A DNA stretch of 64,000 nucleotides from Eledone cirrhosa (Eukaryota): the NCBI GenBank assembly GCA_964016885.1, contig OZ024745.1:52638001-52702000 (forward strand), in the 5' to 3' direction. Position numbers and translations under genes: made by a program. Each line of letters starts with the position of its first letter. Position 1 is the first letter of the stretch. Of the stretch, positions 1 to 13,137 are shown piece after piece. The notes beneath the pieces are model-generated. The model was not told the origin of the DNA. It was given only the letters and a program-made list of their open reading frames with translations, and ran no database searches.

Positions 1-60
1 AATACATACCTACACATATATATACTGTCTTCAGAAATAATTATTTCTGAAATAATTATT
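1..60 (-). ncRNA. 5' half of an extended-helix-II hammerhead ribozyme element (same family as 3847-4390), cut by window edge
   Basis: Minus strand reads ttattt-CTGAAGA-cagtatatatatgtgtaggtatgtat, similar to ttattt-CTGAAGA-cggcgtatatatgtgttggtatgtat at 4053-4090. Confidence 0.55.
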
Positions 61-112
61 TCTATGTATATATATATATATAGATGAGACATATATCTAT
101 ATATATATATAT

Positions 113-1219
<1,107 letters not shown>

Positions 1220-1305
1220 GAAAAATTGAACAGGGACAGAACAGAGAGGCAGTACGATAAATGTTTATTAAATTCACGCTCAGGAGAGTGGGGGGTAGGT
1301 GGGGG

Positions 1306-1337
1306 ACGACGTTTCGGGCATAAGCCCTTCTTCAGGT
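1306..1337 (-). ncRNA. Type I hammerhead ribozyme at PLE 3' end
   Basis: ac-CTGAAGA-a-gggc-ttat-gccc-GAAA-cg-TC-gt; palindromic helix III (ACGT); 2-bp helix I. Confidence 0.85.
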
Positions 1338-1621
1338 GAGAGTTCAAAAGGTGTGTATGGGAGTGGTGGAGAGACGGTGCGAATAAAAAATTAACAAATA
1401 AAGACAAAAATATAATAAATAATAAATAAAAATAAAGCATGATTTAAATACAAGGAATGAGAAAATTTAAAAATAAAGGCATGATCAAAATAAACTGAAA
1501 TTAAAAGGGGGGTAAACAGGTGGTGGAAGGGTGTGGGTGAGTAGAGGTGGTGGCGGGTGGAGTGGGGGGAGGGAGACGGGGTGTCCGAGCGGGGAGGGCT
1601 GAAGGTGGTGTGTGTGGTTAG

Positions 1622-1660
<39 letters not shown>

Positions 1661-2160
1661 AAAGTGAGGGATGGGGGAAGAACGGGGTTGCATGTTCAGG
1701 AAGGTGTGTGTGGGGGGTGTTTTTGTGGGTCGGAGGGTCTGTGCGTGTGTGGATAGGGGGGTGGGGGGGAGGAATCAGGGGGCTGAGGGTGTAAATATGT
1801 GGTGGGAAGCACGTGTGTGTGGTTTAAGCGTGTTGTGGGTGTGGGTGGCGTGTGGATAAAAAAAATTGTTTTGGGGTGTGTGTGTGGGTGAGTGATATAG
1901 GTGATGGTGTAAGAGGATGGTTGAAAAGTGGTAAGTTACACGGATGTATGGAGATTTCGGTTAGAAGTCAAAACGCGTGTGGGTAATCCAAGAAGCGGTG
2001 GTCGGAAGAGGAGAGATGTGGGGTGCGCGCGCAACAGGAAGTGGTCAGCAGTGGAAGTGCTGTGGTCAGTTGGTGCTGAGACAGTGGTCGGAAGGGCATA
2101 GCAGCAGTCGGCGGAATGGTAGGGAGGCGAGAAAGGGTAGGTGTGAGAGTTGGAGTGAGG

Positions 2161-2215
<55 letters not shown>

Positions 2216-2701
2216 TAGTAGGGGTGTTAGTGGGATGAGTGAGTGTGGAGCGGAGAGAGAAGGGTGTGTGTGGTTCTAAGGAGGGAGTGTGGTGTACTGG
2301 TGTGTGTGTAGTTTGCTGCAGAGGTGTTAGTGGGTGTTAGTATACGGGAGGTGGGGAGGGGTGGAATGCAGGTGTGAGTGGGGGTTAGTGGGGGTAGGGT
2401 GTGTAGAGTTGGTGGTGTACGAGGGTGTGTGGGTACGTGTGCGTGGGGTTGGAGGGTGTTAGTGATGTTAGTTGTATGTGGGGTGGGTGGTGTAAGTGGG
2501 TGCGTGTGTGCGTGTGATAAGGAGGGGGGAGGAGGAGAAGAGGGGAGGGAAGGGATGTTAGTATGTTAGTGGGGGAGGGTGGTCAGATGAGGGGTGGAGT
2601 GGAGGTGTTAGTATGGTTAGTGTGGGGTGGGCGGTGAAAAGTAGGGTTGTGTTAGTGGTGTTAGTGGGGGATGAGTGTGGGGGGAGGGGGGCGGTCGAAC
2701 G

Positions 2702-3740
2702 CTAAAGGAATAAGGGTGGGGAGTTCAGGCCGGGGAGAGTGTGGGTCTGTAAGATGAAGATGGTACGTTGTTCGACCGTAAGGCGATGGGCGGGTGTTCC
2801 GTGGCACTGGTGTAGGCCACAGACTGTGAGATGGCGTGCGGAGTGTCCAGGGCCACCAAAATGGCTGGCGATGGGGGAACTGCCCCCGAGACGAATGTCC
2901 CGGAGGTGCTCCGTGATTCGGTCCGCCAGGAGGCGTCCCGTCTGTCCGACATAAGTCGCGCTGCACCTCGTGCAACGAAGTCCGTAGACTAGGTTGGAGG
3001 AGGTGCAGCGGAAGGCATGCCGGACCGAGAGAGGGTGGCCATTAGGACCCTGGAAGGTGGTGGTGTTGGTGATGTGGGGACAGGTGTTGCAGCGGGGCCT
3101 AGAACAGGGGAAGGAACCGGGGGGGGGGAGCTGTGGACGAGGAGGGTGCGGAGATTGCGTGCGCGTTTGAAGGAGGGGAGTGGTGGGGTTGGGAAGATGT
3201 GGGAGGTGGTGGGGTCGGACTGGAGGTGTCGGAAGAGGCGGCGGATGGTGCGGTGGAGGGGTAAGGTAGAGGGGTGGTAGGTGATGGGGAAGGGGAGACG
3301 GTGGGTGGGTGGGCGGTGGCGTGGGGTGAGGGTGGTGGAGCGGGGGATAGCACGGGCGCGGGTGAGAGCGGTGTGTGCGAGAGGTTGGGGGGGGGGGGTA
3401 ACCTCTGCGGATGAAATGGCTGACTAGGGAAAGGGCCTGGGACTCGAAGTCAGCATCTCGGCTACAGAGGCGGCGGATCCTGAGAAGTTGGGAGTAGGGA
3501 ATGGAGAGTTTAGTGTGGGTGGGGTGGGAAGAGGTGAAGTCGAGGTAAGAGTGGGAGTCGGTGGGTTTGACGAAGGCGGAGGTGACGAGGGAGTGGTGGG
3601 AGGGGTCGAAGGCGACGGAGATGTCCAAGAAGTGGACGTGGGTGGTGGAGATAGAGGTGGTGAAGTGGAGGGAGGGGTGGAAGGAGCAGAAGAAGGAGAG
3701 AAAGGAGTCGAGCTGTACTCGGGTGAGGGTCGTGGCTCCG
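2702..3740 (-). pseudogene. Penelope RT-thumb + GIY-YIG endonuclease ORF fragment with two compensating homopolymer frameshifts
   Basis: ORF 2702..3628. The expected linker RLPFPITYHPSTLPLHRTIRRLFRHLQSDP...FKRARNLRTLLVHS is in another frame between G-runs at 3119-3128 and 3387-3398. Confidence 0.85.
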
Positions 3741-3754
3741 AATATATATATTTA

Positions 3755-4479
<725 letters not shown>

Positions 4480-4481
<2 letters not shown>

Positions 4482-4790
4482 AGACATAAACAGAGAAAGC
4501 CTTAAGCGATACTCCGACCTACTTCATCTCACTCAACAAACATCAGGATATACTTAAGTATTATCCCAATTTAGTGTTTGGGGGTGCTAACTAATCAGTA
4601 TTTCGTGGATAATTGGTTGTATTATTTTATATGGGACATTATTAAATAAATATCTCATTTCTTCCAGACGGCCGTTTCGTTATAAGATTTCTACAATTTG
4701 GTATAAATAATTTCCAGGTTATGTAGAAACTTGTATATAATCCATAGTTTTATACACAAGCGGACTCTTATAAACTCATCAGTGAGGTAT
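4480..4790 (-). mobile_element. Non-coding HHR-bearing element fragment in (TA)n
   Basis: 310 bp unique segment flanked by (TA)n, containing the HHR at 4664-4785. Confidence 0.65.
4664..4785 (-). ncRNA. Hammerhead ribozyme with branched 97-nt helix II
   Basis: tca-CTGATGA-g-tttataaga...tcttataa-c-GAAA-cggccg-TC-tgg; internal hairpins cttgtgtataa/ttatatacaag and tttctaca/tgtagaaa; helix III palindrome ACGGCCGT. Confidence 0.8.
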
Positions 4791-4880
4791 ATATATCTAT
4801 ATATATATATATATATATATATTTATTAAAATAACAGATTAAAGTTTAATCAAAGATCAATTTACTATTATTACTGTTAT

Positions 4881-4937
<57 letters not shown>

Positions 4938-4981
4938 CATTAAAGTTTAAGCAAAGATCAATTTACTATTATTACTGTTAT

Positions 4982-5119
<138 letters not shown>

Positions 5120-5193
5120 GTATCGAAGATTCCGATGAAATTTGAAAAAGTCATAGGAGTGAAGAGTGCTCTATGTAAGTACTAGAGCTAAAT

Positions 5194-5398
5194 TTAATGT
5201 ATAATAAACAATACAATATAATTACCTCATTATCAGAGGTTTCCCGAATAAGACGAATACGAAAAACGTCCTCATTCGTTCATCGGACAAGGCTATTAAA
5301 TTGCCTTGTCCGATGAACGAATGAGGACGTTTTTGTATTAGTCCTATTTGGGAAACCTCTGGTATTGAGATAATTATATTGTATTGTTTATTATACAT

Positions 5399-5402
<4 letters not shown>
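5194..5402. mobile_element. Fold-back element with two divergent CCGAUGA-core hammerhead-like motifs
   Basis: Imperfect palindrome centred ~5298. Arms 5225-5292(-) and 5304-5370(+) give the consensus ccttgt-CCGATGA-a-cgaat-gaggacg...gtcct-attcg-g-GAAA-cctctgg-TA-atgagg. Confidence 0.6.
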
Positions 5403-5429
<27 letters not shown>

Positions 5430-5546
5430 ATATATATATATATACATATATATATATACATATATATATATATGCACACATATATATATCAATGATATTA
5501 ATAAATGCAAACTATATTTATAAAACCATATTTATTTTATTATATA

Positions 5547-8181
5547 CTACCAGATTTACCCGGCGTTGCTCGGGGTTTGAAATTATGATAACAATATACA
5601 GCTAGGAAGTAAAAGAAGAACATTATTTGGCCCCAACCTCTCAAAATAAGCAAAAGTCTTCAATAATTAATGCAAACGAATATTTAGTGCAATCTTTGTA
5701 CACATAAATCTATGCTGATAATGAAGGTAAACACTGAACAGGATGTAGTTATACAAATGACTAAAGACAATACATGTTGCAAATCTGTAAAAAAACAGGC
5801 AGTTTTGCTAAAGTACAAAAAGTTGTAATGAAAGCAGAGTTGTATACAAGTAAAAAACAATGAGAGTAGAATAAGAGAAAATCTATTATTTGAGAGCATC
5901 CTTTGCTGTGTATGGTTAAATTGTTTACTTATAATCCAAAATATCCTGCATGACATATTCATTGGTATGTTTTGTATTGAGTAAGGTGAAGTCAATGCAG
6001 AGCTGTAATAAGTTTTTTTGTTAACACTAAAGCACTTCAGGATAGACGATATTCTTTGTTTTTCTTTTCGGAACAAACGCAAAGAGATTATCTCGACTGC
6101 CAACTCGTGAGCAGGCAACGTAGAATTGTCCGTGCGAAAAGCAAGGTTCATCCAAGTGAATTCCAGCGACGGACGGAGTTTGACCGTGCGACTTATTTAT
6201 GGACATCGAAAAGGCAATAGGAAGGGGAAATTGGGTTCGGCGAAAGGAGTAGGGAGTATCCATGCCTGATGTAGTTAGGCTATTTTTTGTTATTATCACA
6301 TCCTCGCCTTTTTCACATCCGGATAGAATGGTAGCGTCAATACTTAGTGCAGACAGTTGTTTAACCACAAGGCGTGTACCATTGCATAGTTTTGGAGGAG
6401 TGATATTTCTCAGCAAAATAACTGGTGTTTCCTCTTTCAGAACCAATGTATTAGGGGGTAAACCGGGAGGATTTAAAGAATTTAGAAATTCAACTGGATA
6501 ATTGACCGCATCCTGTGGATCACATACAGTATCAATAGATTTATATATCCGGTGACGGAAGAAGCTGAAGAAGCTGATCGTTAATACAGATAACCGTGAT
6601 TTTTTGGGTGCAAGAATGTCTCTTTCGCATAGGCTATCAAAATTCGTATAGTTATCACGCATGTTCGGGAATACACTCGCTTTGAGATCATCGAGAGTTT
6701 CAACTACATTGCAGATGTGATCAATTGCTATGTGTCCATCTGTATCCGGAGGTAAGTTACCATCTCCTATTGTAAGAATGTCTCCAGGAAATGTTGATGA
6801 CAGAGGGTCCCCAATCAACCTTGCACGCATGTTTGTAGTTAGTCTTAATGATGTCACTTGTCGCCACAATGGTGAAGACTTAAGACATGCATTTACCGCA
6901 TCTGCTCTTGTTCCTTTCGGTATTATAGGAAGAGTCTGTCTGAAGTCTCCTGATAGCAGAAGGGTGACCCCCCCCCTCCCATAACATCACTGCAATCTCG
7001 TATGTCTTGCAAAGTCCTGTCTAGTGCCTCAAGAGCACCTGTGTGCACCATCGTGCACTCATCCCAAACAATAAGATGACACCTTCGCAGCAGATGAGCC
7101 CTTTCCGAGACTTTGGTGATATGACAAGTAGGAGTTTCCAATTTTGCCAAATAAAGGGGCAATTTAAAAACTGAATGTGCCATCCTTCCACCAGGGAGCA
7201 AAGTTGCTGCGACTCCAGAGGACGCAACTGCTATTGCTATGTCCTTATTCTGTCTACCTTTGCAAGAAGAAGTTTAGTAACGAAAGCTTTTCCTGCCCCC
7301 CACTCCCTGGAGCATCGAGGAAACATATGCCACCTCTTCTTTGAAATACCAATTCCGTAATGGTGGTATAAGCCAGTCGCTGATCAGCTAGAAGTTTTGG
7401 CTCATTATCTGTGACGTAGAGGCCGAGATCATGGTTGTCATAAGAGGTCTGCTGTATGATATCTGTGGGAAGTTTCTTTGAGTCTATGCGATGAGTTTCT
7501 GATAAACCGTAGTAACGTAAAACCTTTACGGGGCATACATGGTGAAAAGTTGTAAAGTCAAAATGTATGAATTGAAGCGTTACAGTTAACTTTGAAAGTG
7601 TAACAAATCTTTTTTTTGTATCAACATGGCTTTGTTTATGAAAGTTTTAAAAATAAAAAGTTGTAGGCCCCAATGGTTTGAATGGAAAGTCTCAAAACGA
7701 TTGTTCTAAAAATAAACAAACCATCATCAACATCTCGTCAATTCGAGACTGCTGCGAGATTATGCCCTTAACGCAAAAATTAACACTTACTATTGTGAAA
7801 CAAGTTAAAAAAATAAGTGTTTTTTTAACTTTGAAAGTGCAACAAAGAATAAACAAGGAAAAAACGATAAAACCATCATCGAAATCTCGTCAATCAAATG
7901 AATGTGATGTTTATATTGAACAGTATGTTATTTCCCTTTTTTATAAGGATTGTCAATAAAGTTTATCTCCCTGACATCAATTTTTCTACCGATAATTTTG
8001 ATATCGAATTTTTATTGCTCAATGTGGGTCGATTTGAAAAATGTTTGTGGTGTGACAATCCGATCGACCTGAGCGACGTGCACAGAAAATTTGGTCAAAT
8101 TCAGTTGGTAATTGTGAAAGCCTTATGCATGCCAAGTTGTACACAGACACACACACACATCCTCGCTTTTATATATATATA
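5547..8181 (-). mobile_element. Internally deleted Helitron (rolling-circle transposon)
   Basis: 3' subterminal hairpin ccgagcaacgccgg followed by a CTAG-like (GTAG) end at 5547; 5' end tatatatataaaa...(tg)n at ~8180; PIF1 helicase remnant inside; no Rep domain seen. Confidence 0.8.
6027..7400 (-). pseudogene. PIF1-family helicase C-terminal portion of Helitron RepHel, frameshifted
   Basis: LPGGRMAHSVFKLPL, LIVWDECTM, GDFRQTLP, YPVEFLNSLNPPGLPP, LLRNITPPKLCNGTRL, RTQFPLPIAFSMSINKSHGQT, FSHGQFYVACSRV, TKNIVYPEVL, spread across several frames. Confidence 0.92.
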
Positions 8182-8184
8182 AAG

Positions 8185-8507
8185 TTATTTCATAAATAGT
8201 GACATACCCCAGAAACCAGACCTTCTTGGTTCAGGTTCCGTTTGGATATCCAAACGGAACCTGAACCGATAAAGTCTGGTTTCTGGGGTATGTCAATATT
8301 ATAAAACAAATTTTGTATTTTATTTGATGAGACGTACCAAAGTGTTTGGTACCCTTGAAGTATATATAATAAAATAAATATGGTGTTATAAATCTAGTTT
8401 CCATTTATTAATATCATTGATATTATACTCCAGGAAATCTTTTGAGGGCGTCGAATCGTTTTGAATAAATTTGTTGAATTACCAACAAATTAGATATATC
8501 TTTGCTT

Positions 8508-8510
<3 letters not shown>
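8185..8510 (+). mobile_element. Non-coding element with ~50 bp-arm hairpin (centre gatatc 8246-8251) and a degenerate HHR (8316-8376)
   Basis: tattttat-TTGATGA-gac-gtaccaaa-gtg-tttggtac-cctt-GAAG-tatata-TA-ataaaata; 8-bp helix I; TA-flanked. Confidence 0.55.
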
Positions 8511-8559
<49 letters not shown>

Positions 8560-8561
<2 letters not shown>

Positions 8562-9891
8562 AATTTTAGTACAGCATTAACGAAGCTTTAGGCTGCGGCT
8601 AAGCTAACGAATGTACGGAATGTAGCTTTAAAAATCGATGGAGAATAATACCCCAGAGTTATAGCAATACGTTTAGACAGCTTTGCAAATCAAATATAAC
8701 GACCGCCACTCCAGCCGCATTGCCATTACAACGAAAAAGACTGAACTCAAAGAAAGATTTTGACTGACAATAGAGAGACACATCCAACACTTCATCAACC
8801 GCGTGCAGTTCTCTGGCTACAACCAAAGAGACATAATCAGAGTATATGAAGGAGCCAAGGAGTGTCATGTCCGTGGACACTACCCCTGGAAGGAAATTAG
8901 CTAACCAGTGTAGGAAGGCCCGAGAAATACCCACTTAAATATTAAAGTGGTAGAAAAGCCAGGAACCACCGTAAAATCCCTGATCAGCAAAATATACCCT
9001 TTTAAGAAAACCCACTATACTAATAGGAAATGTGTTATATGTAAAGTAAACCCCCCAGATAAAATGTAAAATTAGAAACTTAATCTATAGCATAAGATGT
9101 ACAGAGGGTACTTGCAGGAATATGACAACAACATACATAGGCGAGACAGCACGTAGCATAGGAGAAAGAGTAACCAACACAAGGGGGAACTAAAAGAACT
9201 AAAAACCGGTCAGTACTATACGAACACGCCAGACAACAACATGACGGTAACATAGACAACATATAAATTAAAATAATATTTAAACAAAGAAATGACCCAG
9301 CAGATAGGCAAATCAGAGAGGCAAGCGCAATAGAGCATAGAAGGGAAAAGCTAAACAGAAAAAATAAATGGAATAACAACACCCAAACAAACAATACTGA
9401 CTTAAGAGAAATATAAATAAATAAATAAGTAAATATATACACAAGCACAAAAACAACAAACGTATAAACACACACTAGTAAACTAAGATAGAATACAATA
9501 AACAAAACAGTCACCCAAACGCGAACATACACCAAACACTATACACACACAAACGCATGCACAGAGAAGACAAAAATAAATAAATAAATAAACAGATAAA
9601 ATAAAAATGGCGTAGACATACAATACAACAGGAGTAACATAATAGTACCATTGATGATGTTGCAGATGTGCAACGAAAGAACTTTGTTAGACTATATATA
9701 TGTGTTTATATCTATATTATATCTGTATTTTTGACAGTTGGTCAGTCAATGATAAACATTGAGGACCAAATGAATTAACTGCGGAGATATAAAAGATACA
9801 GAAGCGAGGACCACCAGTGAGTGTGTCCTGTTATTATTTCTGGCAATATTATTACAACAATATGAACCTCCCCAAGTATAACAATATAAAT

Positions 9892-9893
<2 letters not shown>
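8560..9893 (+). mobile_element. Decayed 5'-truncated Penelope-like element (Naiad-like GIY-YIG region, 3' UTR, HHR)
   Basis: Frameshifted IKVVEKPGTT, CVIC, NLIYSIRCTEGTCRNMTTTYIGETARSIGER, DPADRQIREASAI...LNRKNKW; TA-flanked. Clade assignment tentative. Confidence 0.8.
9649..9686 (+). ncRNA. Hammerhead ribozyme (C3U variant) in PLE 3' UTR
   Basis: ca-TTGATGA-t-gttgca-gatg-tgcaac-GAAA-gaac-TT-tg. Confidence 0.65.
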
Positions 9894-9945
<52 letters not shown>

Positions 9946-10136
9946 TAGATAATTTAATATATCAACTAACATAAGCGCACAGATGCACGCCCATGCCAGC
10001 AAATACACAGGTTATGTCATAGTACCTAGGTGGTTCAATGCAGGAGAATGCAGAACAATAATATAAAGGACGTAAAATAAGAAAATATTTAAAAAAAAAA
10101 AAATTTTTTAAATTTTTTTTACTTACTTAAATTTTC

Positions 10137-10218
10137 ACTCCAACTAATTAGTTTCTGCAATGGGATAAAGACAGTTACGTAATCCAACTGTCGAGAATTC
10201 ATTGCGTCATCAGGGAGT
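10137..10218 (-). ncRNA. Hammerhead ribozyme with 51-nt helix II (copy 1)
   Basis: Reverse complement of 11196-11277. Confidence 0.88.
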
Positions 10219-10695
10219 CTATTCTCAGTTAAGTCTCCAGGCAATGCGCGGACACTGGCGGCTCATATAAAAATAATAATAATTCGGTAGATCGAACAGC
10301 TTGCGAGGACTGGATTCTATGTGCCGAAATTCTCACTGCTTCAAGTCAAATGGCCGATTCTAAAGAATCAATCACGTGACACAGAGGCTAGTTAGAAGGA
10401 ATCGGATGGTAAGATGACTGACGCCTACTAACACCCCAAAAAAATTTTTTTTAGAAATGGTTTTGACAAGTTTGCTCGACAAATCAGTTATTTGGAGATA
10501 AATATAGATAATTTAATATATCAACTAACATAAGCGCACAGATGCACGCCCATGCCAGCAAATACACAGGTTATGTCATAGTACCTAGGTGGTTCAATGC
10601 AGGAGAATGCAGAACAATAATATAAAGGACGTAAAATAAGAAAATATTTAAAAAAAAAAAAATTTTTTTAATTTTTTTTACTTACTTAAATTTTC

Positions 10696-10777
10696 ACTCC
10701 AACTAATTAGTTTCTGCAATGGGATAAAGACAGTTACGTAATCCAACTGTCGAGAATTCATTGCGTCATCAGGGAGT
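10696..10777 (-). ncRNA. Hammerhead ribozyme with 51-nt helix II (copy 2)
   Basis: Reverse complement of 11196-11277. Confidence 0.88.
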
Positions 10778-11195
10778 CTATTCTCAGTTAAGTCTCCAGG
10801 CAATGCGCGGACACTGGCGGCTCATATAAAAATAATAATAATTCGGTAGATCGAACAGCTTGCGAGGACTGGATTCTATGTGCCGAAATTCTCACTGCTT
10901 CAAATCAAATGGCCGATTCTAAAGAATCAATCACGTGACACAGAGGCTAGTTAGAAGGAATGGGATGGTAAGATGACTGACGCCTACTAACACCCCAAAA
11001 AAATTTTTTTTAGAAGTGGTTTTGACAAGTTTGCTCGACAAATCAGTGATTTGGAGATAAATATAGATAATTTAATATATCAACTAACATAAGCGCACAG
11101 ATGCACGCCCATGCCAGCACGATCTACCGAATTATTATTATTTTTATATGAGCCGCCAGTGTCCGCGCATTGCCTGGAGACTTAACTGAGAATAG

Positions 11196-11277
11196 ACTCC
11201 CTGATGACGCAATGAATTCTCGACAGTTGGATTACGTAACTGTCTTTATCCCATTGCAGAAACTAATTAGTTGGAGT
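11196..11277 (+). ncRNA. Hammerhead ribozyme with 51-nt helix II (copy 3)
   Basis: actcc-CTGATGA-c-gcaatg-aattctc-gacagtt-ggattacgt-aactgtc-tttatcc-cattgc-a-GAAA-ctaattag-TT-ggagt; helix III palindrome ACTAATTAGT. Confidence 0.9.
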
Positions 11278-11345
11278 GAAAATTTAAGTAAGTAAAAAAA
11301 AATTTTTTTAAATTTAAAAAAAAAAATATTTTCTTATTTTACGTC

Positions 11346-11403
<58 letters not shown>

Positions 11404-11502
11404 TATATATATATATATATATATATCATATATATATATCATATATATATATCATATATATATATCATATATATATATATCATATATATATATCATATAT
11501 AT

Positions 11503-11561
<59 letters not shown>

Positions 11562-11572
11562 GTGTGTGTGTT

Positions 11573-11622
<50 letters not shown>

Positions 11623-11629
<7 letters not shown>

Positions 11630-12063
11630 ACAGAACAAGCAAGAATGAGGGCCCCATTCTACTGCCGTGAGTTAAAAGAGGAGGTTAGCATAATTGCAAG
11701 CGAATCGAATATTATTATTAATATTCCAAAAACTCAGATTACATTTATATGCATATAAATACATAAATATATATATATGTATATATATAGTATATATATA
11801 TCTAAATATATATATATGTATATATGTATAACGAAGAAATTGTGGTAAGGAACCAGATGGACCATAACACACCAGAGTACTCAATACTTAGGTTAGTAGA
11901 GTGGTTAATTGGAAAAAGTATGACTCCGACGGCAGAGCTCAGGCCGTTTCGACGGGTATTTCTGGACTCAAATAGTCTAGAAATAGCCAACGAAACGGCT
12001 TTCGCTCTGCCGTCGGGGTCATACTATTTCCTATTAATTTCCTATATATTTATTAAAATAACA

Positions 12064-12114
<51 letters not shown>

Positions 12115-12280
12115 GATATATGTACTATATATATATATATATGTATTCAAATATATACATGTAATCTTATCTTTTGGTATATTAATAATAATATGCGATT
12201 CGTTCGCAATTATGCAGACATCCTCTTTTAAGTCACGTCAGTAGAATGGGGCTTTCATTCTTGCTTGTTCTCTTTTCATA
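11623..12280. mobile_element. MITE-like element with ~130 bp imperfect TIRs and nested insertion
   Basis: 11623-11755 is an inverted repeat of ~12150-12280; the interior has TA runs and the 11828-12068 hairpin element. Confidence 0.7.
11828..12068. mobile_element. Hairpin (MITE-like) repeat family; relatives at 39681-39880, 41052-41112, 54335-54380
   Basis: gtggtaaggaaccagatggaccataacacaccagagtactc head, then the long hairpin gtatgactccgacggcagagc...gctctgccgtcggggtcatac. Confidence 0.7.
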
Positions 12281-12348
12281 TATACACACACATATATATA
12301 TATATTTATAAATATATACATACACACAAACACACACACACACACATA

Positions 12349-12410
<62 letters not shown>

Positions 12411-12881
12411 ATGGTTGCAATAAATGCGTCTACTTTTATATATATATATATATATATATACATATGTGATCGAGAATAAAAGTGCATTGATATAATAGAC
12501 TGATATAAAAATAAAATAAACAGATGTTTCGATATTGGTTTGCTATATTTACAGACATATTTATATTAAATATATTTACTGAAATGTTTGGTATACTCGT
12601 AAGTATATATGATTATAGAATACTGTTAGAAATATACGTAGTTAATAAGAACGTAGCATAATATAAATTGCATATTTATATGATTAAACTCCTCGAATGT
12701 TTTGACATTTTATTATATTATTATTTTAATAAAGTTAATGCATATTGTTCATATAAAATATTTGCAAATACTAATTGAAAAATTTACGGAAATAGAAAAC
12801 TTTTTACACACATGCTTACACAAATATACATCAACACGCCCAACCTCATACACACATATGGATACAGGCACATACACAAGC

Positions 12882-12916
<35 letters not shown>

Positions 12917-13066
12917 TATAAATATATATACATTTGAATGTGTGTGTGTGTATATAAATATATATATACGTATATTTATATATATATAAATGCATGTATT
13001 TATATACACATATACATCCACACACACACACACGCACACATATACACACACACACACACAAACACA

Positions 13067-13137
<71 letters not shown>

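Larger units (their letters stand above)
9946..11350. mobile_element. Retrozyme-like array: 559 bp tandem units (2.1 copies, minus sense) plus inverted partial copy (plus sense), in (TA)n
   Basis: Units start at 9946, 10505 and 11064; inversion junction ~11120; three identical HHRs; no ORF. Confidence 0.9.

Noticed and set aside
9946-11350. CRISPR-like or satellite interpretation of tandem arrays (also 46851-48066)
   Set aside because: Units are 312-559 bp with no unique spacers, in a eukaryotic context; explained by HHR elements.
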